Virus record (IMG/VR): IMGVR_UViG_3300042503_001397
DNA length: 20,000 bases
DNA from: an uncultured virus (IMG/VR IMGVR_UViG_3300042503_001397)
Lineage: Duplodnaviria > Heunggongvirae > Uroviricota > Caudoviricetes
Direction: 5' to 3' (one strand)
Numbering within the stretch: the stretch's first letter is position 1; each line of letters begins with the position of its first letter. The notes beneath the pieces were generated by a model, which worked only from the letters and a program-made list of their open reading frames with translations, was not told where the DNA came from and searched no databases. The position numbers and the translations under genes are program-made. This document shows, piece after piece, positions 8,758-17,700 of this stretch.

Positions 8758-11700
8758 TTAACTTAAGTTTTTACCTGTTACAAATCCATAGTAAGATGTT
8801 CCACCATTATAAGTGTAGAATACTAAAACATCAGTTCCAGAAGAAGTAAGTATTGGCGCACTTCCACCAACCCAATCAACACTAGCAGGCCAAGTAATTG
8901 CATATGCTCCGGCATTTACGGTTACTAATGTAAATCCAAATCCAATTGGAGAATTAGGTGCGTTTGTTATTGTTATTGTTGCAGTTCCGTTAAATTGTCT
9001 TCTAAAGTTGTTTGCTGTTGATAAATCCAATGTTGCACTTCCACCAGTTCCTAAATCATTAAATGTTTCTCTATATGTTGTTGATATTACGTTACCTACT
9101 ACTGCTAAATTCGTACCATCAAATGTTATATTACTTTCAACAGTTGCACCAACGGGTGCATTTGTGTAAGTTAATAATCCATCATTGGTTGTTCCAACCA
9201 AAGAAAATCCATTTGTACCAGAAGTTCCAGATGAAAATGCCGGTGAATTAGTACCCGATGTACCATTTGCACCACTAGTCCCAGATGAACCAAAGAATGT
9301 ACCATTTAATCCAGAAGTACCATTTGCACCACCACTACCAGAAGTACCAGATGAAAATCCCGGAGCGTTTGTACCTGATGTACCAGAAGAACCGGAAGCG
9401 CCAGTTTCACCATTAATACCACTCGTACCACTGCTACCAAAGAATGTACCATTAACACCAGAAGTTCCTGATGTACCAGAAGTTCCAGAAGTTCCTAATC
9501 CAGACGTTCCCGATGTTCCAGCCGTACCACTTATTCCAGAAGTTCCTGATGAACCGAACATTGTACCATTTAATCCAGAAGTTCCTGATGTACCTGAAGT
9601 TCCCGATGTACCAGCAGAACCAGATACTCCAGAAGTTCCTGATGTGCCGCTTGTACCACTACTACCAAACATAGTACCATTCAATCCAGAAGTTCCTGCT
9701 GTCCCAGAAATACCAGATGTGCCCGATGTACCACTTACTCCGGAAGTACCCGATGTTCCAGAAGTACCACTACTTCCAAACATTGTACCATTTAAACCAG
9801 AAGTTCCAGCCGAACCAGAAGTTCCAGAAGTTCCAGAAGTACCACTACTTCCACTTACTCCTGAAGTACCACTTGTACCACTACTTCCAAAGAAAGTTCC
9901 ATTTAATCCAGAAGTTCCTGATGTTCCCGATGTACCAGAAGTTCCTGATGAACCATCCGTGCCATTTAAACCAGAAGTTCCCGATGAACCACTTTCTCCA
10001 GAAGTACCACTACTTCCAAACATTGTACCATTTAAACCAGAAGTTCCCGATGAACCACTTTCTCCAGAAGTTCCAGATGTACCAGCTCCGCTTGTACCAG
10101 AAGTACCATCAAAACCAGATGTTCCACTACTTCCAAACATTGTACCATTTAAACCAGAAGTTCCTGAAGTTCCAGAAGTTCCAGAAGAACCACTTTCTCC
10201 AGAAGTACCTGAAGTACCACTTATTCCAGAAGTACCACTACTTCCAAACATTGTACCATTCAATCCAGAAGTTCCTGAAGTACCATCAGTACCATTTATT
10301 CCCGATGTACCACTTGTACCACTTGTACCAGACGTACCATCAGTACCATTTATACCAGAAGTTCCTGAAGAACCAAAGAAAGTTCCGTTTAATCCAGAAG
10401 TTCCTGAAGTTCCGCTAGTACCATCCGTACCATTTATTCCACTCGTTCCACTACTTCCACTTTCTCCCGATGTTCCAGAAGTACCGCTACTACCAAAGAA
10501 TGTACCATTTAATCCAGAAGTTCCAGAAGAACCATTTTCTCCAGAAGTTCCCGATGAGCCATTTTCTCCAGAAGTTCCTGATGTTCCCGATGTACCATCA
10601 GAACCACTTACGCCGCTTGTACCACTACTACCAAAGAATGTTCCGTTTAAACCAGAAGTTCCTGATGAACCATTTTCTCCAGAAGTTCCTGAAGTTCCTG
10701 ATGTGCCACTTGTACCGCTTGTACCAGAAGTACCACTACTACCAAAGAAAGTTCCATCTAATCCAGATGTTCCTGATGTACCACTTGTACCACCACTTCC
10801 AGATGTTCCAGAAGTTCCATCACTACCACTTGTGCCGCTTGTACCGCTTGTTCCATCACTACCAGAAGTTCCTGATGTTCCAGAAGTTCCATCTGAACCA
10901 TTTGTACCGGATGTACCAGCTGAACCATTTGTACCTGAAGTTCCCGATGTACCACTTGCTCCAGAAGTTCCTGATGAACCACTTTCTCCAGAAGTTCCTG
11001 AAGTTCCTGATGTACCATCAGTACCAACACCACTTGTACCACTTGAACCAGCACTACCATTTGTGCCACTTGTACCAGATGTGCCTGAAGTTCCAGATGA
11101 ACCACTTTCTCCAGAAGTTCCTGATGTACCAGATGTACCATCAGTACCAACGCCGCTTGTACCAGAAGTTCCTGATGTACCGCTTGTACCAGATGAACCA
11201 TCACTACCACTTGTGCCCGATGTTCCCGATGTACCAGAAGTTCCCGAAGTTCCCGAAGTACCACTACTACCACTAGTACCACTTGTACCAGATGAACCGT
11301 CACTACCACTTGTACCAGATGTACCGCTTGTTCCAGAAGTTCCCGATGTACCGCTTGTACCAGATGAACCTGATGTACCATCCGAACCAGAAGTTCCTGA
11401 TGTTCCAGAAGTTCCAGAAGTTCCCGATGTACCTGAAGTTCCAGCCGAACCAGTTGAACCAGAAGTTCCTGATGAACCAGAAGTTCCCGATGTACCATCT
11501 TGTCCAGCTGAGCCGGATGTACCAGAAGTTCCTGATGTACCATCTGAACCAGTTGAACCAGATGTACCACTTGTTCCAGATGTACCAGAAGAACCACCAC
11601 TACCAGATGTTCCACTACTACCACTATCACCACCACTACCAGAAGTTCCCGATGTACCAGAAGTTCCCGATGTACCAGAAGTTCCCGAAGTACCACTACT

Positions 11701-14700
11701 ACCATTAGAACCAGAAGTTCCTGAAGTACCCGATGTACCAGAAGTACCTGCTGTACCAGCAGAACCATTTGTACCGCTTGTTCCCGATGTTCCAGAAGTT
11801 CCTGATGTTCCAGAAGTTCCTGATGTTCCAGAAGTTCCTGATGAACCACCACTTCCTGCAGTTCCATTTGTACCGCTTGTTCCTGATGTTCCTGATGTTC
11901 CAGAAGTTCCAGAAGTTCCTGATGTTCCGCTTGTGCCTGATGTTCCAGATGTTCCGCTTGTGCCTGATGTTCCAGAAGTTCCCGATGTCCCAGATGTTCC
12001 AGAAGTTCCCGATGTTCCAGATGTTCCAGAAGTTCCCGATGTTCCAGAAGTTCCAGAAGTTCCAGAAGTTCCTGATGTTCCTGATGTACCAGAAGTTCCT
12101 GATGTTCCTGATGTACCAGAAGTTCCTGATGTACCATCTAATCCAGAAGTTCCAGAAGTTCCTGATGTACCAGAAGTTCCTGATGTACCAGAAGTTCCTG
12201 ATGTACCATCTACTCCAGATGTTCCAGAAGTCCCAGAAGTACCGCTTGTACCACTTGTACCAGAAGTTCCTGATGTACCATCCGTTCCACTTATACCAGA
12301 AGTTCCTGATGTACCAGATGAACCCACAGCTGCTGCTATATTTCTATATCCTAATTTTTTTGTTACTGTATCCCATATTACTACTTGCTCATATGATGCA
12401 GATGGTAAATTTCCAAAAAATACACTACCACTCACACCCAAACTAGCACTAACTACTAAAGATGCTCTAAAAGTTTGGTCAGTATTAATTTGTAAGAACG
12501 ATGAAGTATCACTTCCAGCTGCATTTAAAGCGTATGATGCGGTAAATGCAAATATTGCCAATGAAGCCGTACCAACTCTCATTGATGCGGTTTGGAAATT
12601 TTGTATAAAGTTAGCCGTATCAACGTTTGATGCATTTTGTGCAAATAATGCATATGATGCGGTAATTGCTAAAGAAGCAGTACCAACAGTCATTGAAGAT
12701 GTTCTACTATTTCTTACATAATCAGTTAAATTAAGATTACTTAAATCAGCTACATATGATGCAGTTTCTGCAAATTTAGAATTTAAAACAGCCATTGAAG
12801 CTGTTTGGTCATTTCTTACATAAGCGTTTGCATTTGATAACGATGCTGATAATGCTACCAACGATGCCGAATCAAATCCAGTTACAGCGTCTGCTAAAGC
12901 TGCTCTCCTAGCATAAGATGCCGAATAAACTTCACCAAATACCCTATCTCCATTAATAGTTCCATTTATTAAAGAACCACCACTACCAATTACAACATGT
13001 CCAGATGTTAATCCACTAAATACAATTTGTATAGTATCATCATCAATTGATTTTATTGTTCCAGGTAAAATTTGGTCTTCAGAACCAGTAGCGTACACCT
13101 GAACCATTGGATATTTTATACCCAAATTGTGTACAATAGTTAAATTACTTACATTATTAAATGCTACTGTTTCAGTTAATGATGTTTCCGGCTGAGGTAT
13201 GAAATATCCTTGTGTTGGATTGAATCTTAAAATATCATATTCTGCACTAGCCGTAGCCCCAACTCCTTGGAAATTATATGTACCTAAGAATGAACCGGTA
13301 AATAATTGAGATTTAATAACATTACTTGCCGTAATATTATTTACTAATATTTTATTCAATACATTCAAATCACCTTGTATAGATGCTGATGTATTTACAA
13401 CTAATCCTAAATTTGGAGAGATTTGTGCAGTTACAGAACCAGATTGTAATAGAGAAGTTTCAAATGCTAAATTAGCGATATTGATATTTCTTAATCCACT
13501 ACCATCTCCAATAAATGAAGAACCAGATGCTGCTATTACATTTCCACCACTAACAAATACCGAACCACTCACAGTTAGTGAACCAGAGAATATTCTTACA
13601 GATGTATTTACTTCAAATCCTTTATTTGGAGATATCACACCTTCAACCGAACCAGATATAACTCTATCTAATTTAAGGTCTTGTAATGCGTTTGCCGGAA
13701 TGTTAAATAATCCACCACCATCACCAATAAATAATGCAGCTGTTATAGGTACGTTTACATCTAATTTTTCTGGGTCTACAATTGCTCTACCAGAACCAGA
13801 TTGAATTATACTTAATTGTAAATCTTCTAATGCCGATGCTGGGATATTAAACAATCCACCACCATCACCTTCAAAACGAGATGATGATATCGAACCACTA
13901 ATACTTACCGAACCAGTGAATATAGAACCATAATAAGAACCAGAATTAGAACCTACACTTGAGAATACACCATTCGTTGTTACTACAAATTGTATTCCAC
14001 TTTGAACGGATGCCGTTGCAGAACCACTTGCTATTAATGGAGCTGCAGATGCTTGTACATTCGTTAATTGAGAACCATCTCCAATGAATGAAAATGCTCT
14101 AACACTACCACTTACGTCAATTGAACCCGTAAATCTAGAACCAATGGCCGAACCAGTTGCTCCAGTTGTTACTACAAAGGAATCACCACTTTGAACCGAT
14201 GCAGTTGCAGAACCACTACCAATGAATGGTGCAGCTGCCGCTTGTACGTTTGTTATAAATCTACCATCACCTAATATAAATTGAGCTTTTAAACTACCAC
14301 TAACATCAACACTACCAGTTATACGAGTACCAATTTGATAATTTAAGCCAGAACCAGTTGCACCGGTTGTAACTACAAAAGTATCACCACTAGCTACCGA
14401 AGCCGTTGCAGAACCACTTGCTATTAAAGGTGATGCTGCCGCTTGTACATTTGTAATTTGAGAACCATCTCCTATAAATCTAAATGCTCTAACACTTCCA
14501 CTTACATCAACACTTCCAGTAAATTGAGAACCAAACTCAGAACCACTAAATATATTAGTTGCTATTACTTTAAATCCAAAATCAGGACTTACAGATGCCG
14601 TTACTGAACCAGATACAATAAACGATGATAATAGTGCATCTTCAGTTAATGCAGAACGAGGAATATTTCTAAGATATGTTCCATCAGCAAATATAAATGA

Positions 14701-17700
14701 TGATGAATCTATAAATAGTCCTCCGCTTGTATCATTTACAAATAAACTACCAGATACGGATATTGAACCCGTAAATTGAGATGCTATTTGTGTAACAAAG
14801 AAACTTTCACTTACTGATGAAGTAAATGGTGTTTTTACTATAAATCCAAATACAGGAGATACCGATGCTGTTACTGAACCTGATTTAATTTCAGATGAAG
14901 CTAATGCATCTTCAGTTAATGCAGAACGAGGAATATTTCGTAAATAAGTACCTTCTGAATAAATAAAAGAAGATGAATCAATTAAAATACTTCCACTAAA
15001 AGATGAACCACTTTCAACTGATTCAACAAAAAATCCTTTTTGTGGTGATACCGATGCTGTTATACTACCAGTTGCTATTCGTACTGCATCACCAGTAATA
15101 TTTGAGAAAGGAATATCAAATAATCCTTTACCACTACCACTAAATACAGAAGCAGTTACTACACCAATTACTTTTGTATCTCCAATTAATTTTATTTCTG
15201 CTGGAACATATAATGCATCTACTACATTAATAGTGCCGGCCATTGAACCATGTAATTGACAATTATAATAAAGTGTATTCGGTGCACTTCCTGAAACTAA
15301 AAATGTTATAACACCAACATCATCACCATTATTAGTTACCCAAGTATCATATGAGTTTGCAGTACCTGTACTATTTGTATCTTTAATCCAAAATGGATGC
15401 CCACTAGCATTTACATTAAATGTATAATTTACATTTCTAACTAAAGTTAAAGTTGGGTTTGAACCACTTACTAATCTATTACTTATATTATATGCACTAC
15501 TTCCAGCATTGGTTACGTTAAATACAGTATCTATATCAGAATATGCTAATTCTCTTGCAGAAGATGATACTATAAAACTTCCACTAATTGTAGAAAATGT
15601 ATTTACTCTAAGCCCATAATCAGGCGAAATTGATGCAGTTACCGAACCACTTGCAATTCTATTAATTTTAAATGATAATGCAGATTCAGGAATATCAGAT
15701 AATCCAGCACCACTACCACTAAAGAAAGAACCAGTCTCAACTCTAATATATCCACCAGTTACAAATAAACTACCAGTAAATTGCGAACCACTTTCAGCTG
15801 ATATTACTCTAAATCCAAAATCAGGAGAAACAGATGCAGTTACACTACCACTTTTAATTTCGGTAGATATTAAAGCATCTTCGGTCAATGCGTTTCTAGG
15901 AATATCTTTTAATCCAGCACCAGAACCAGAGAAAAATGAGCCAGTCTCAACTCTAATGTATCCACCAGTTACAAATAAAGAACCTGTAAATTGAGAACCA
16001 CTTTCAGCTGATATTACTCTAAATCCATCATCAGGAGAAACCGATGCAGTTACACTTCCACTAGCAATTCTTTTTAATTCTTCTGATAACGCTGAAAATG
16101 GAATATCTGTTAATCCTTTACCACTACCACTAAATACGGATGCTGATACTGAACCAGAAAAGTTTGATACTGAAGCGAATACCTCAAATCCTCTATCAGG
16201 AGAAATTGATGCAGTTGCCGAACCAGAGAAAATTTTAGAAAGGTCTAAGTTTGCCAATGCTGATAGTGGGATATCAAATAAATTTTTACCACTACCAGAA
16301 TAAGATGAACCACTTGCTAATGATATATTACCACTAACAAATAAACTACCAGTAAATTGAGAACCACTTTCCGCAGATAATACTTTAAATCCAAATTCAG
16401 GACTAACCGATGCCGTTACACTACCACTTTTTATTTCAGTAGATAATAAAGCATCTGGCGTTAAAGCTGCTCTTGGTATATCAAATAATCTAGCACCACT
16501 ACCGCTAAACGAACCACTGGATATTTCTATACTTGAATTTCCAAATATACTACCACTTAAAAATATACTACCAGTAAATTGAGAACCTTTATCAGAAGAT
16601 ACTACTACGAATCCAGAATCAGGACTTACAGAAGCTGTTACCGAACCAGATACTATCTTTGTTGCAACTTGAGGTGGTACGTTTATATTTGTTAATCTAC
16701 TACCATCTCCTTGAAATGAACCACTAAAGCTTGAACCACTAATTTCTTGTCCAATTAAATTTCCAAATATAATTAAAGAACCACTAATATCAACAGACCC
16801 ACTAAAAGTTGAACCACTTTCAACTGATTTTACTAAAAACCCATCATCAGGACTTACAGAAGCCGTTACAGAACCACTTGCTATTCTAGGAGAATCTCCA
16901 GTAAATGCTGCTCTTGGAATATTAAATAATCCCCCACCATCACCTTGGAAAAACGAACCACTAAATGAGCCAGTAAATTCTCTAGCTCTAATAATATCAC
17001 TAACATCCAAACTTCCTGTTATGGTAACACCATCACCTTTTTGCAATAATCCATCTACTATATTAATAGTACCAGCCATAGATGCATGGAATTGACAAAT
17101 ATAATAAAGTCTATCAGGTGCATTTGATGGTACTGCAAATATTAAAGTACCAACTTGACCTCCATTATTCGTTACACCCGTATTATATAAATCGTTTGTT
17201 CCGGTTGTATTAATTGTTTTTATTTGAAAAGGATGTCCGCTTACATTTAAATTAAAAATATAAGTTATACCTCTTACTAATGTTAATGTTGGATTCGAAC
17301 CAATAGCTGCCCCAGTAAAATTATAATTTAAATTATCATTATTAGTTACGTTAAATACAGTTTGTATAGATTCGGATGGAAAATATTGCTTAGATGCTGA
17401 AATAAGCATACTTCCACTAAATGTAGAGAATGTATTTACCACCAATCCTTTATCAGGAGAAATTGATGCCGTTGCCGAACCGCTTGAAATCTTAGATAAG
17501 TCTAAATCTCTTAATGCTCTTACTGGAATATCAAATAATCTAGCACCACTACCAGAGTAAGATGAACCAGAATTAATTTCAATTCCACCACTTACAAATA
17601 AACTACCAGTAAAACTAGAACCACTTTGTGCAGATATTACTTTAAATCCAAAATCCGGAGATGTTGATGCCGTTACACTACCACTTGCTATTAATGTTGC

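Noticed and set aside
9285..10770. Regularly spaced DNA repeats resembling a CRISPR array
   Set aside because: The repeats vary at synonymous positions and keep the reading frame, the 'spacers' are themselves GTS repeats, and no cas genes are present.
9208..12324. Bacterial ice-nucleation protein (InaZ) or eukaryotic mucin/collagen gene
   Set aside because: It lacks the InaZ 16-residue AGYGSTxTA repeat, has no signal peptide or introns, and sits among phage tail genes.
9185..12721. 1178-aa plus-strand PEV/PDV ORF and the overlapping QKF-rich (+) and ELLEHQ-rich (-) ORFs
   Set aside because: They are alternative-frame readings of the Gly-Thr-Ser codon repeat (GGN read antisense gives CCN, Pro). 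They largely coincide with the tract, carry no independent domain, and oppose or overlap a coherent minus-strand operon.
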